A stretch of DNA of 64,000 nucleotides from NCBI GenBank assembly GCA_965204725.1, contig OZ242005.1:4576001-4640000 (forward strand). The letters run 5' to 3'. Below, piece after piece: positions 1-9,697 of this stretch (positions are counted from its first letter, which is position 1; every line of letters starts with the position of its first letter). Made by a program: the position numbers and the translations under genes. A model generated the notes under the pieces. The model was not told the origin of the DNA. It searched no databases and saw only the letters and a program-made list of their open reading frames with translations. This stretch comes from Candidatus Latescibacterota bacterium. Lineage in GTDB: Bacteria > Latescibacterota > UBA2968 > UBA8231.

Positions 1-350
1 ATGGAGTAAGCGTTGTCGGCGTAGGTCCGGCTTCCTCATCGCGTTGCCCTGCGCCAACACCACGGCGCGTTCAATGGCGTTTTCGAGTTCCCGGACGTTG
101 CCGACCCAAGAGTGCGTCGTCAGCAACTCCATTGCGCTGGGATGCACCGACGACACCTTCTTGCCGATCTCGGCGTTGTACTTGAGCAGGAAATGGGCCA
201 CGAGCAGCGGGATGTCTGCGCGGCGTTCGCGCAAGGGAGGGACCTCAATGGGCACCACATTGAGGCGATAGAACAGATCTTCGCGGAAGGCTCCTTCCCG
301 AATGCGGTCGGGCAAGTTTTGGTTGGTCGCGGCGACGAGCCGGACGTCAA
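1..350 (-). pseudogene. Fragment of a sigma-54-dependent activator (C-terminal part of AAA+ domain), runs off window edge
   Basis: Manual minus-strand translation: [13 protein letters not shown]...[34 protein letters not shown]...WVGNVRELENAIERAVVL. The Walker A/GAFTGA region and any receiver domain are absent; the fragment abuts the kinase remnant. Confidence 0.8.
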
Positions 351-860
351 CATGGTTCCGCGGTGATGCTCGACCAGCCGTTTGACGGTGGCCAACCCAA
401 GCCCCGTGCCCTTGTCTTTCGTGGTAAGAAACGGGATAAAAGCGCGTTCCGCTGTCTCGGGGACATCCCCACTCCGGTGTCCCGAACCTCGACGCGGATG
501 GCCTCGGCGTCCATATCGACAAAACCTTCGACCGCGATGGTTCCGCCCCGGTCCATTGCTTGCGCGGCATTCTTGACCAGATTGGTGAACATCCACTTGA
601 GTTGATCGGCGTCTGCTTCAATGGTGGGCAAGGTCTCCAAGTTTATCGTCTGAACCTCGATAGTGCCCGCCCGCAACTCCGCGTCGAGCAGCGCCAGCAC
701 TGAAGCGACTACGTCCGACAAATCAACCGCCTCGGTTTGCAACGGCGTCGGCCGCGCAAAGTCGAGAAATTCGCTGACTAGCTGGTTCAACGATTGCACT
801 TCGCCATCGACTTGTTCAATCAGCTGCTCCGTCTTTGGGTCGGCGGGAACTTGGCGTTTG
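347..860 (-). pseudogene. Histidine kinase remnant (end of HisKA + HATPase), frameshifted and N-terminally truncated
   Basis: EVQSLNQLVSEFLDFARP...[10 protein letters not shown]...[10 protein letters not shown] continues in another frame as [34 protein letters not shown]; frameshift near a 4-nt homopolymer at ~459-462; no H-box or sensor domain. Confidence 0.8.
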
Positions 861-878
861 AAATTCGGAGGAGACGCG

Positions 879-1430
879 ATGACTCTCAATATGGGCAAAC
901 CAATCGCTGTAATCGCTGTGGGGCTTATTCTCGCGCTTATTGGAATAAGCGGCTGTGCTGATAATCCAATAACGTCCACAAGCAGGGCTGAGTCGGACGA
1001 AGGCCATGAAGAACATGGTGATGATGAAGGCGGTGAAGGCGGAGCAGGCCGTTTAGTCGCTGACGAAGAGGGCCGCCAGCAACTGGCCCCCGACCAGCGC
1101 TACGACCAGACGCGCAACGGTGCGCGGTTGATCTTACGGTACGTCCCCAGCATTAGTGCTTTCTACGGCACAGTGGAGAATACGACGGAGCAAGTCTTGC
1201 GCCGGGTGCGGGTAGAAGTGCATCTGTCTGACGGGTCCAACGCGATCGCAGCGGAACTGGGGCCGACGACGCCGACGGAGCTGGCGCCGGGTTCCAAGCT
1301 GTTCATCAACCTGTCGGCCGCCGGTCAGACCTTTGATGGCTGGTCGGCCCACGTAGAGGTCGGCTCTGGCGAGGATGGCGGGACCAACGGCCATGCCGAA
1401 GGCGGCGAAGGCGGCGAACACAGGGGGTGA
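879..1430 (+). CDS. Putative lipoprotein with His/Glu/Gly-rich termini
   Basis: GGAGGAG RBS before ATG 879; hydrophobic signal ending in ISGC lipobox; low-complexity EGHEEHGDDEGGEGG and GHAEGGEGGEHRG flank a beta-rich core. Confidence 0.7.
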   Translation: MTLNMGKPIAVIAVGLILALIGISGCADNPITSTSRAESDEGHEEHGDDEGGEGGAGRLVADEEGRQQLAPDQRYDQTRNGARLILRYVPSISAFYGTVENTTEQVLRRVRVEVHLSDGSNAIAAELGPTTPTELAPGSKLFINLSAAGQTFDGWSAHVEVGSGEDGGTNGHAEGGEGGEHRG

Positions 1431-1502
1431 AATTTTCAATTGCCAACTTTGTCCTCGCGCTTTTGGGAGGTCAACCACGCGGATCGATTGGGATTTACAT
1501 TC

Positions 1503-2723
1503 CTATCTCCCCAAGTGGCAATCGGCAAAGTCCAAGTATTGCTCCCAATCGTACTCGGCGAGATCGTGGCCACCGCGGCGGATGTGGTAGCCGATCTGGC
1601 CCATGACCGGCTGATCAACGGCGGGCATTTGCGTAGCCGGCAAGCCATCGGTCCCGAGCAGGCGATAGACGGGATCGGCGGCTAGAGCCGCGAGAAATTC
1701 GCCGTGCGGGTCGGCCCAACGGTCCTCAACGGCACTGGCTACGTACAGAGGGCGCGGGGCGCACAGTGCCAAGAGCTGATGCTGATCTACGGGCAGGTCG
1801 TCTTCGGCATTGTCGTAGCGTCTGAAATTGTCGCAGAACCAGTGCGGGAACGCATGGTTGATGTGCGCGACGGTCTCGCCGTAGCACCGCCGCGAGAGGG
1901 CGGCCCCACCGCAGCCGGACTCGTTGGAGATCACCATGGCAAAGCGCACATCGCAGGCACCAGCCCACAGCGCGGTCTTGCCCAGCCGCGAGTGGCCGAG
2001 CACGGCGACCCGCGCGTGGTCGCAGTCCGGGTCGGTTTGCAGATAGTCCACGGCCCGGCTCAAGCCCCACGCCCAAGCGCCGATGGCACCCCACTCGTCC
2101 GGGGCGGGCCGGTTTTGCCCCTCTTGGTAGAAGAGCGGGTGGACGCCGTTGTGGTAGCCGTCGTCGTAGTCGGGGTCGAGGTCGCCGTAGTAGATGGTCG
2201 CCAAGCCGTAGCCGCGCTCGATGATCTTGGCGACGGGCCAGCGGCTCGCTAGGCAACCGCGCGAGTTGAAGGTGGCTCGGTGGTTGACGATGCCGTTTCG
2301 CGCCTCGGAGCGCATCCAGCAGGTGTTGAGATGGATCGCGGGATCGCGTTGGACGGAGTGATTGCCGAAGAAATTGAGGCCCAAGAAGACCGGCACCGGG
2401 CCGGAAGCGTCAGCGGGGCGATAGAGGAGGATATCCATGCTCGGGCCGTTGTTGTCAGCGGTGAAGCACACGCGAACTTGGCGTCTCAGAGCGCGGCCGC
2501 CAAGGGCCTCGCCCTCTTCGGTGGTAAGGAAACGAGTGACAGGTAGAGGGCCGGGCATCTCGCCGAAGACATGCGTTTTGAAGAGCTGGAGAATTTCCGG
2601 GCGGCGCACCTCGGTCCAAGTAGCGGCGTCGGCCACGGGTTCGCCGCTGGCTAGCGTCAGCGGGTCGGGCAGCTCGTACCGGGGGACTTTGGCTTCGTCG
2701 TAATTGGCTTCGCTTGGGGGCAT
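1503..2723 (-). CDS. CE15-like carbohydrate esterase (glucuronoyl/acetylxylan esterase family)
   Basis: GHSRLGK nucleophile motif, [38 protein letters not shown]. Confidence 0.85.
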   Translation of the reverse strand: MPPSEANYDEAKVPRYELPDPLTLASGEPVADAATWTEVRRPEILQLFKTHVFGEMPGPLPVTRFLTTEEGEALGGRALRRQVRVCFTADNNGPSMDILLYRPADASGPVPVFLGLNFFGNHSVQRDPAIHLNTCWMRSEARNGIVNHRATFNSRGCLASRWPVAKIIERGYGLATIYYGDLDPDYDDGYHNGVHPLFYQEGQNRPAPDEWGAIGAWAWGLSRAVDYLQTDPDCDHARVAVLGHSRLGKTALWAGACDVRFAMVISNESGCGGAALSRRCYGETVAHINHAFPHWFCDNFRRYDNAEDDLPVDQHQLLALCAPRPLYVASAVEDRWADPHGEFLAALAADPVYRLLGTDGLPATQMPAVDQPVMGQIGYHIRRGGHDLAEYDWEQYLDFADCHLGR

Positions 2724-2747
2724 AGTCGCTAGTCTGGGGATGCAGCC

Positions 2748-3560
2748 TCAGTCGCCCGCCAGAATGGGATGTAGCGGATGATCCCAAGGGCCGCCGGCTC
2801 TCATTTCGTCGGCCGCGCCCGCCGCGTCGTGGGTTCCGGTAAAGGTGGTGTAGTCGGGCATGTAGATAATGGCAAACGCACGGCGCGGCGCAGCGGTCTG
2901 GTTCGGGCCGGCGTAGTGGAAGGTGCAGCCGTGGTGGAAGGTAACGCCGCCGGCTGCCATGGCCATGGGCACCGGCTCGGGCACATCGTAGCCGCGCTCC
3001 CGCATCTTATCGACGATACTCTCGCCAGCGACGCCGAGTTTGATCGGTTCGAGCCGCTCGTACTGGTGTGAGCCGGGCACAAAGTGGAGGCAGCCGTTGT
3101 CTGCGGTCACGTCGTCAACCGCGATCCAAGCCGACAGCGCACCGACCGGGTCCATGGGCCAATAGGGAGCGTCCTGATGCCAGTTGGTCTCCTTGCTCTT
3201 TTGGCCGGGGGGCTTGATCATCGCGTGATCGTGATAGATGCGGACGTGGCGGCAACCGCTCAAGCGGCGGGCGGTTTCAGCCAAGCGCGGCTGAAAGGCG
3301 ATTTCCTTGGCCGCCGGATAGTCGGTCCAAAGATTGACCATCTGATTGAAGACGCGCTCGTAGTCTTCCGAAACGCGACCATCCCTCTCGGCCCCTTTGA
3401 TGCGGGCGCGATGCGTGGCGATAGCGTGGTCAATGGCTTGGCGCAGCGAGGCAATCTCCTCGGCCGAGAAGAAGTGCTCGTAGCGGATATAGCCGTTTTG
3501 CTGGTAAAATTCGGCGTCGGCTGGCGTGGTCGGGCTGGTGGATTGGCTCATTGTAGGCAT
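2748..3560 (-). CDS. Phytanoyl-CoA dioxygenase (PhyH) family protein
   Basis: WHQD...NGCLHFVPGSH...FHHGCTFHYAGPN Fe(II)/2OG motifs; exact start uncertain. Confidence 0.9.
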   Translation of the reverse strand: MPTMSQSTSPTTPADAEFYQQNGYIRYEHFFSAEEIASLRQAIDHAIATHRARIKGAERDGRVSEDYERVFNQMVNLWTDYPAAKEIAFQPRLAETARRLSGCRHVRIYHDHAMIKPPGQKSKETNWHQDAPYWPMDPVGALSAWIAVDDVTADNGCLHFVPGSHQYERLEPIKLGVAGESIVDKMRERGYDVPEPVPMAMAAGGVTFHHGCTFHYAGPNQTAAPRRAFAIIYMPDYTTFTGTHDAAGAADEMRAGGPWDHPLHPILAGD

Positions 3561-3615
3561 GAGGGCAAGGTATTAATTTTGGCGGTGGCAATCAAACATT
3601 CAACAGGAGTAGAAA

Positions 3616-3963
3616 ATGGCCGAAGTAACGATGTACCACAACCCGCAATGCTCCAAAAGTCGGCAGACGCTGGCTCTCTTAGCCGAGCAAGGCGTGGCGG
3701 CGGATGTCGTCGAATACTTGCAGACGCCACCGGACGCCAAGACCCTAGACGCGCTCTTGCAAAAGCTGGGCTTGGAACCCCGGGAACTCATGCGGACCAA
3801 CGAAGACGAATACGAGGCCCTAGGGCTGGCCGAGGTGACAGATCGGGCGCAACTCATTCAGGCGATGGTGGAGCACCCCATCCTGATTGAGCGGCCAATC
3901 GTGGTCAAAGGCGGCCAAGCGCGGATCGGGCGACCACCGGAACGAGTTCTAGACCTTCTCTGA
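3616..3963 (+). CDS. arsC: Arsenate reductase (glutaredoxin) ArsC family
   Basis: YHNPQCSKSR, HPILIERPIV, IGRPPE; AGGAG RBS. Confidence 0.9.
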   Translation: MAEVTMYHNPQCSKSRQTLALLAEQGVAADVVEYLQTPPDAKTLDALLQKLGLEPRELMRTNEDEYEALGLAEVTDRAQLIQAMVEHPILIERPIVVKGGQARIGRPPERVLDLL

Positions 3964-3964
3964 G

Positions 3965-4573
3965 ATGCTAAAACTGGGGTTTCTCGCCTCGCACACCGGG
4001 TCGAATATGCAGGCCATCATCAACGCCTGTCAGGCGGGGACGCTAGCGGCCGAGCCGTGCGTGGCGATTAGCAACAACTCGCGGGCGGGCGCATTGGCGC
4101 GGGCGCGGCGAGCGAACATTGCAGCGTATCACCTGAGCGAGCGGACGCATGGCGATGCGCTGGGGGCGGCGATTCTGGCGGCGCTGCGGCGGCACGGGGT
4201 CGAAGTGATTTGTCTGGCTGGATACATGAAGAAGCTAGGGGCGGAGGTACTGGCGGCCTACGAGGGGCGGATCTTGAACATCCATCCCGCCCTGTTGCCC
4301 AAGTTCGGCGGGCAGGGCATGTACGGGATGCGGGTCCACGAGGCCGTATTGGCTGCCGGGGAGCGCGAGAGCGGGGCGACGATCCACCTAGTTAATGAAG
4401 AATACGACCGAGGGCGGGTGCTGGCGCAGGAGAAGGTTTCGGTGAAGGCAGAAGATACGCCCGAGACCTTGCAGAAGCGGGTATTAGCGGTGGAACACCG
4501 GCTCTACGCGGCGACCCTCGTGCGGATCGCGGCTGGCGAAATTCCTATTCCGCTTCCCCGCTCCCGCGCATAA
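3965..4573 (+). CDS. purN: Phosphoribosylglycinamide formyltransferase
   Basis: GSNMQAI, LAGYMK, ILNIHPALLPKFGG, SGATIHLV. Confidence 0.95.
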   Translation: MLKLGFLASHTGSNMQAIINACQAGTLAAEPCVAISNNSRAGALARARRANIAAYHLSERTHGDALGAAILAALRRHGVEVICLAGYMKKLGAEVLAAYEGRILNIHPALLPKFGGQGMYGMRVHEAVLAAGERESGATIHLVNEEYDRGRVLAQEKVSVKAEDTPETLQKRVLAVEHRLYAATLVRIAAGEIPIPLPRSRA

Positions 4574-6026
4574 TGCGGCGCAGGTGCCCGAGTTCTTCGA
4601 CGATGGTGCGCCGCTCTAGCAGCCCGAGCACAGCCCCGTACGCCAACGCCATAATTCCGCTCCGTAGGGCAAAATCGCCCACGGCATAATCCAACGCCCA
4701 ACGGGTGTACGACCATCCACAGACCGCAGCGACCAGCAATCCCACGGCCGGCGCGGCTAATACCTCGAGCCAGTTGACGCGCACATAGGCGCGCAAACCA
4801 ACGCACAGCCCTAAGAAACCCGTGCCAGCCACCGCGCCCATGCTGTACGCCACGCCCTCCACGCCCCACAACACGCCCATCGCAGGGACGGCAAAAAGAG
4901 CCACTACTCCCTGAATCCCCACGATGTACGCAGACCGGCGCGTCGCCCCTACGGCCCACAGCAGGCCAAACCCATCGCTGAGCAGCGGGCGCAAAAGCGC
5001 ATACGCCGCGAGCCAAACCACGATGCGAGCCGACGCGGCCCACTGGTCGCCTAACAGGGCGGTTATTTCGCGGGCATTAAAGACCAAAATCAGGGACACC
5101 GGGGCCGACACCCTCAGCACTAGGCTGACCATCTTGGCGAACAACTCGCCCAGCCGCTCGCGCTCGTGCCGATACCGCGAGTACAGGGTACTGCTATAAT
5201 TGAGGATGATATGCGCGATGATCGCGGTGGGAATCTGCACCAGCCACCACGCCGTCTCGTAGAGCGCGAGCGCTGTATCGCCGGCGACCAAGCGCACGAC
5301 CAGTTTGTCGTACCACCAAATAAAAATCTGCAACATCCAACCGACCCAAATCCACACGCCATAGCCCAATAAGCGACGCACCCAAACCCAGTCGAAGTGC
5401 AAAGAAGCGCGGCGCAGTGGACGGCTGTACCAAGCGCCAGCAGAAAAAAACAACACGTACACCACGCTGAGCACCGAGTACGTAGTCCACCCCCCCAATA
5501 TCAGGCTCCACTCCTCCCACCCAGCGCGGGCCGCCAACAGCGCACTCAGCAGGGCCAACAGCGTCCCCAACCCGTGCAAGAGGGAGAGCCGGCCAAACTC
5601 AAAATCCATCCTCAGCAGGGCCTCTGAAGTCAGGGTCAACTGGCGCACGAAGTGCAGGGCCGCCAGCACCCACGCGACTTGGGCGAAGGTCCAAGAAAAA
5701 TCCGCTGGGAAAAGCAACGCCAAGGCCAAGACGACCCCGCTGCTGAACAAACACGACAGCAAGGTAATGGACGCATTCAGCACAAAGTGCGTACCGACAA
5801 ATTCCTCGACTCGGTCTTGGAAGTGCAACAGCGCGTGCATTAAGCCAAACTCGCGCAGGCTGGACAGCATGGTAAAGACCGTCACGCCCAAAAACACATC
5901 GGCAAAAACGCTGGGGTCGAGCTGTCTTTTGATCAAGACCGTCAGCCCCACGCTGCCCAGCCGCGCAGCATAGCCCGTGCCCAAGGTATAGAAAAACCCC
6001 TTGAACATCTTTTGCGGGGTGATCAT
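4545..6026 (-). CDS. Oligosaccharide flippase (Wzx/MOP family)
   Basis: 493 aa with many transmembrane segments and Wzx-like pattern. Confidence 0.75.
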   Translation of the reverse strand: MITPQKMFKGFFYTLGTGYAARLGSVGLTVLIKRQLDPSVFADVFLGVTVFTMLSSLREFGLMHALLHFQDRVEEFVGTHFVLNASITLLSCLFSSGVVLALALLFPADFSWTFAQVAWVLAALHFVRQLTLTSEALLRMDFEFGRLSLLHGLGTLLALLSALLAARAGWEEWSLILGGWTTYSVLSVVYVLFFSAGAWYSRPLRRASLHFDWVWVRRLLGYGVWIWVGWMLQIFIWWYDKLVVRLVAGDTALALYETAWWLVQIPTAIIAHIILNYSSTLYSRYRHERERLGELFAKMVSLVLRVSAPVSLILVFNAREITALLGDQWAASARIVVWLAAYALLRPLLSDGFGLLWAVGATRRSAYIVGIQGVVALFAVPAMGVLWGVEGVAYSMGAVAGTGFLGLCVGLRAYVRVNWLEVLAAPAVGLLVAAVCGWSYTRWALDYAVGDFALRSGIMALAYGAVLGLLERRTIVEELGHLRRIMRGSGEAE

Positions 6027-6032
6027 GGATTG

Positions 6033-7397
6033 CTAGCGGACGCGGGCCGAGCCGCACCGGTAGGTGCGCGGGTCGCCGAGGCGGGCTTGTAGCGCGTTGG
6101 CGGTCATGCCAGTGTGGTGCTGAACCCAGTTGACCTCGTCGGCAAGTGTGCAGTCGAAAAGGCCGGGGTCGTCGGCGCCGATGGCCAGTCGGACATCGGA
6201 AGCTAGAAAGCGATGCACCGGGTGATCTTGGGCGTTGGGCACGCCGCCGATGCGCAAGTTGGAGGTCGGACAGGTCTCGACTACGGTGCCGAGCGCGGCC
6301 AAGCGGCTGAGCGCGAAGTCCTGCCGCCGGCGCACCGCTTTGAGGCGCGGGGGATCGTATCCGCGCCAGACGAGCGCGTCGCCGGGCTGGGCCGCGAGGC
6401 GGGTGCGCTCCTCCATCAGGGCTTGCTCGTCAACCGGGACGCCGAATGCTGCCAAGGCGTTCTTGTGGTGCAAATCGTAGGCGATCTGGGCCAAGCGTTC
6501 GCTGACCCGCTCGCATTCGTGGGCTTGGGACCGGCGAGCTACGGCAACCTCCGGGTCGAGCCCGAGCGCGGTACAGTGCCCCAAGCGAAGCGCACCCAGT
6601 TCAGCCGCTTCGTGGCACCAGCGCACCGCGCTTTCGAGCGACTTGTCGAAGTACACCTCGCCGACGTGATAAGCCACGTCGAGGGCGCGCTCCGGGCGCA
6701 ACTCGTTGTCGCGGTGCAGGCGGCGGAAGAAGGCGCGGGTGCTCGCGGGCGGGTAGCCTTCCTCAAAATGGCAGAAATCGAGGCCGACGACCGTGGGGAT
6801 TAAGTCCTCGTTTTCGTCGAGCAGGCGTTGGACCAATTGGTAGCATTCGAGCGGTGCCCAGCGCGGCAGGCCGATGAGGTAACGCGCCTCAAAGCCCGGG
6901 TCAGAGGCTTGTTGCAAGAAGCGGGCGACGAGTTGGTGAAACTGCGCGAAGGCTTCGGGTTGGGTGTGGTCGTAAGGGGCCATGACTCGGTATTCGACGT
7001 AGCGCAGGCCCTCGCGGCGGTGGTGGGCCACGACGCGCCGCCAGATTTCTTCCACCTTGTCTAGCCCCTTCCACCAATAGCGATAGATGCAGATGGCCAT
7101 GTTGAACTTGGCTTGGAACCGAGCGAAGTCGCCGCCGTCTTCAGCCCCGTACACGTAGTGCGCCGCAATGGGGTCGAGGCACTGCTTGTGGAGGGCCTCG
7201 CGGAAGAGCGCGACCGGGTCGGGCCGCTTGCTATAGGCTCGTTCAAAGCTATCGACAAACAGGGACCAATCGATTTTCTCGTAGTAATCGCGGCCCAATT
7301 CTAGGAGATCAGCGGCAAAGAGGCCGCCGTAGAGGTGGACGTGTAGCTCGCAGGTCTTGGCCGCCTTGAGGGAGGGCTGGTCGCGTTTATCGGTCAC
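6033..7397 (-). CDS. Adenosine/AMP deaminase-family metallohydrolase
   Basis: ELHVHLYG, YHVGE, LGH, ETCPTSNL, IGADDPGLF. Confidence 0.8.
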   Translation of the reverse strand: MTDKRDQPSLKAAKTCELHVHLYGGLFAADLLELGRDYYEKIDWSLFVDSFERAYSKRPDPVALFREALHKQCLDPIAAHYVYGAEDGGDFARFQAKFNMAICIYRYWWKGLDKVEEIWRRVVAHHRREGLRYVEYRVMAPYDHTQPEAFAQFHQLVARFLQQASDPGFEARYLIGLPRWAPLECYQLVQRLLDENEDLIPTVVGLDFCHFEEGYPPASTRAFFRRLHRDNELRPERALDVAYHVGEVYFDKSLESAVRWCHEAAELGALRLGHCTALGLDPEVAVARRSQAHECERVSERLAQIAYDLHHKNALAAFGVPVDEQALMEERTRLAAQPGDALVWRGYDPPRLKAVRRRQDFALSRLAALGTVVETCPTSNLRIGGVPNAQDHPVHRFLASDVRLAIGADDPGLFDCTLADEVNWVQHHTGMTANALQARLGDPRTYRCGSARVR

Positions 7398-7400
7398 CCG

Positions 7401-8417
7401 TCACTCCAGCGCGGGCATATCGACCGCGTCGTCGCGGCGCTCGTCCATGTTCGCTTCCATGGACTCCGGGTAGCGATGCGGGAGATGGGAAACTTCGTCG
7501 AGCCGGGCGCGGGCATCGTCTGGGAGACAAAAGCTGCCGGCAAGCATGTTGTCGCGGGCCTGCTCAACGGTGCGTGCGCCGATGATGACCGAGGTGATGG
7601 CCGGTTGTTCCAACACCCAACGCAGGGCAACTTGCGCCGGCGAGCGGCCCATTTCGTCGGCTACCGCTAGGAGCGTCGCTAAGGTGTCGTCGGCATTGGC
7701 GGCAAAATAGCTTTGCGGGTAGGCCCAAGCATCGGCCGAACGCGTCCCGGCCAAGGTGCGCTCGCCGGGCTTGTACTTGCCAGTGAGAAAGCCGCCGCCG
7801 AGCGGACTCCACACCACCACGCCCAGCCCCTTGAGCCGACAGACGGGAATCAGCTCCTGCTCGATGTCGCGCACGACCAAGCTGTATTGCGGTTGGTAGC
7901 ACTCAAAACGCGCCCAGCCATTCGCATCTGCAATCCACAACGCCTCCATCAAGCGCCAAGCCTGATAGTTGGAACAAGCGATATAGCGCACCTTACCTTG
8001 GCGGACCAAATCGTCGAGGGCGTGTAGCATCTCCTCCAAAGGGGTTTGGCTATCCACGTGGTGGATGTAGTAAAGGTCGATGTAATCGGTCTGGAGCCGC
8101 TGGAGGCTGTCTTCGATGGCGTTCATAATACGCACCCGCGACATCCCCGAGTCGTTGGGGCCAGGCCCCATGGGGTTGAAGAACTTGGTGGCAATGACCG
8201 CATCGCGGCGGCGGCCCTTGAGTGCCTTGCCGGTGAAGACCTCGGACTCGCCGCCGCCATAGGAATCGGCCGTGTCGAAGAAATTGATGCCCGCGTCAAA
8301 CGCTAGATCGACGATCCGCTTGGCCTCCCGTTCATCGGTGCTGTGGCCAAAGGTCATGGTGCCGAGGCAAACTTCCGATACCTTGAGGCCAGTGCGGCCC
8401 ATTCTGCGGTACTCCAT
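7401..8417 (-). CDS. Aldo/keto reductase
   Basis: LGTMTFG, FFDTADSY, IDLYYIH, WSPLGGGFLTGKY. Confidence 0.95.
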   Translation of the reverse strand: MEYRRMGRTGLKVSEVCLGTMTFGHSTDEREAKRIVDLAFDAGINFFDTADSYGGGESEVFTGKALKGRRRDAVIATKFFNPMGPGPNDSGMSRVRIMNAIEDSLQRLQTDYIDLYYIHHVDSQTPLEEMLHALDDLVRQGKVRYIACSNYQAWRLMEALWIADANGWARFECYQPQYSLVVRDIEQELIPVCRLKGLGVVVWSPLGGGFLTGKYKPGERTLAGTRSADAWAYPQSYFAANADDTLATLLAVADEMGRSPAQVALRWVLEQPAITSVIIGARTVEQARDNMLAGSFCLPDDARARLDEVSHLPHRYPESMEANMDERRDDAVDMPALE

Positions 8418-8518
8418 TATCTATACTCCTTATCTATTGAATGCAAATGCTTTGGCAAGGATTTCGGTCAGACGTAAAAAGTTACGCCCAAGTGGCAAGA
8501 TCACGCAATAAGTACCGA

Positions 8519-9637
8519 TCAGCGATACCTTCTGCCATACCATAGTAGAAAGCCCGTAACGGGCAGTGTTGCAGTGACCGCACTGACTGCGAAGGCGATG
8601 ATCTTGCCGAATAGGCCCCCAATTGCACCGACGTGGATGTCGTAGTTCATGCGCATCACCTTATCGGCGAAGCGGGCATCGGTATAGCGTCCATATATGC
8701 TTGGGGTTTCGATTTCTTCAAGGGTGCTTTGGTCGAAGAAGCGATAGTCCGAACTGTAGTAAACCCCATGTTGGTGCGATACCTCGACGTAGATACTAGA
8801 AGAATCGCTGGCGGGATAGTGGATCTCGAAGCTGTTCGCTCGTGGATTGTCCCTTTGTAGCTGGACGATGAGGCGGTCAATGGGGCGCGTAGTAGAATCC
8901 TGTAGTGATCCGGCGATGTGTATATTGTCTGGGATAATAAACTGCGGGGCTTTCGTCCCTCCCGCCGATTTGTACACCAAGGAGCCAAACCAATCGAAGG
9001 CCATAACACAGCCGGTAAAGGCGAGCACAAAGGCCAAGGACAAAACGTAGAACCCTACGATAGAATGAAGATCAAAATTTTTCCGTCGCCACCGCGTAGT
9101 ATCGCGCCAGACAAAGGCAAACCGCTGTCTGCTATTGTTGCCACGAGGCCACCAGAGTACGAGTCCGGTGGCAAGGATGATCAAAAACAACAAGACCGAT
9201 ATCGATACGACATTAGAGCCGACGGCTGGAGGCAACCAGAGCCTGAGATGGCCGTCTAGCACAAACGCAAAAAAACCGGAAAAATGATCTTCTGAGTGTA
9301 ACACGTCCCCAGTGTAGGGATCGAGGAAGACGCTGCGGTAAAATCGAGGTTCGTCTTGGTAAAAAATGACTTCGACGGCTTGGCCCGGCTCGCCGTAGCG
9401 CGTACCGTGGATATGCTTGTCGGGGAAGACCGCTTGTGCCGCTATCTTGGCTGCGGTGGGGGTTAGCAGTGGGGCTTGGCGCACCTCGACCTTCTGCTTT
9501 TTTAGATAGAGACCCTGTATTTCCTCCTTGAATACCCAACAGCAGCCGGTGATGGCGACGATAAACACGACGATCCCCGTGGCCAAGCCGAGGATCTCGT
9601 GTATCTTCAGGACGAACTTCTTAATTGGTTTTTGCAT
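8519..9637 (-). CDS. PepSY-associated TM helix protein (XusC-like)
   Basis: HEILGL...ITGC, GHLRLWLP, WRRKNFDLHSIVGFY, MNYDIHVG. Confidence 0.88.
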   Translation of the reverse strand: MQKPIKKFVLKIHEILGLATGIVVFIVAITGCCWVFKEEIQGLYLKKQKVEVRQAPLLTPTAAKIAAQAVFPDKHIHGTRYGEPGQAVEVIFYQDEPRFYRSVFLDPYTGDVLHSEDHFSGFFAFVLDGHLRLWLPPAVGSNVVSISVLLFLIILATGLVLWWPRGNNSRQRFAFVWRDTTRWRRKNFDLHSIVGFYVLSLAFVLAFTGCVMAFDWFGSLVYKSAGGTKAPQFIIPDNIHIAGSLQDSTTRPIDRLIVQLQRDNPRANSFEIHYPASDSSSIYVEVSHQHGVYYSSDYRFFDQSTLEEIETPSIYGRYTDARFADKVMRMNYDIHVGAIGGLFGKIIAFAVSAVTATLPVTGFLLWYGRRYR

Positions 9638-9653
9638 GTAACATGTAAAAGGC

Positions 9654-9690
9654 AGGGCCTTGGTCCGAGGTGGCGGACCAAGGCCCTTTT
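9654..9690. terminator. 14-bp stem-loop between DUF4374 and PepSY genes
   Basis: AGGGCCTTGGTCCG-aggtgg-CGGACCAAGGCCCT followed by T residues on the + strand. Confidence 0.6.
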
Positions 9691-9697
9691 CAGTCGT

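Noticed and set aside
6033-7397. RADAR RdrB-like defence deaminase
   Set aside because: Much shorter than RdrB, no adjacent RdrA ATPase, and lies among housekeeping-type genes.
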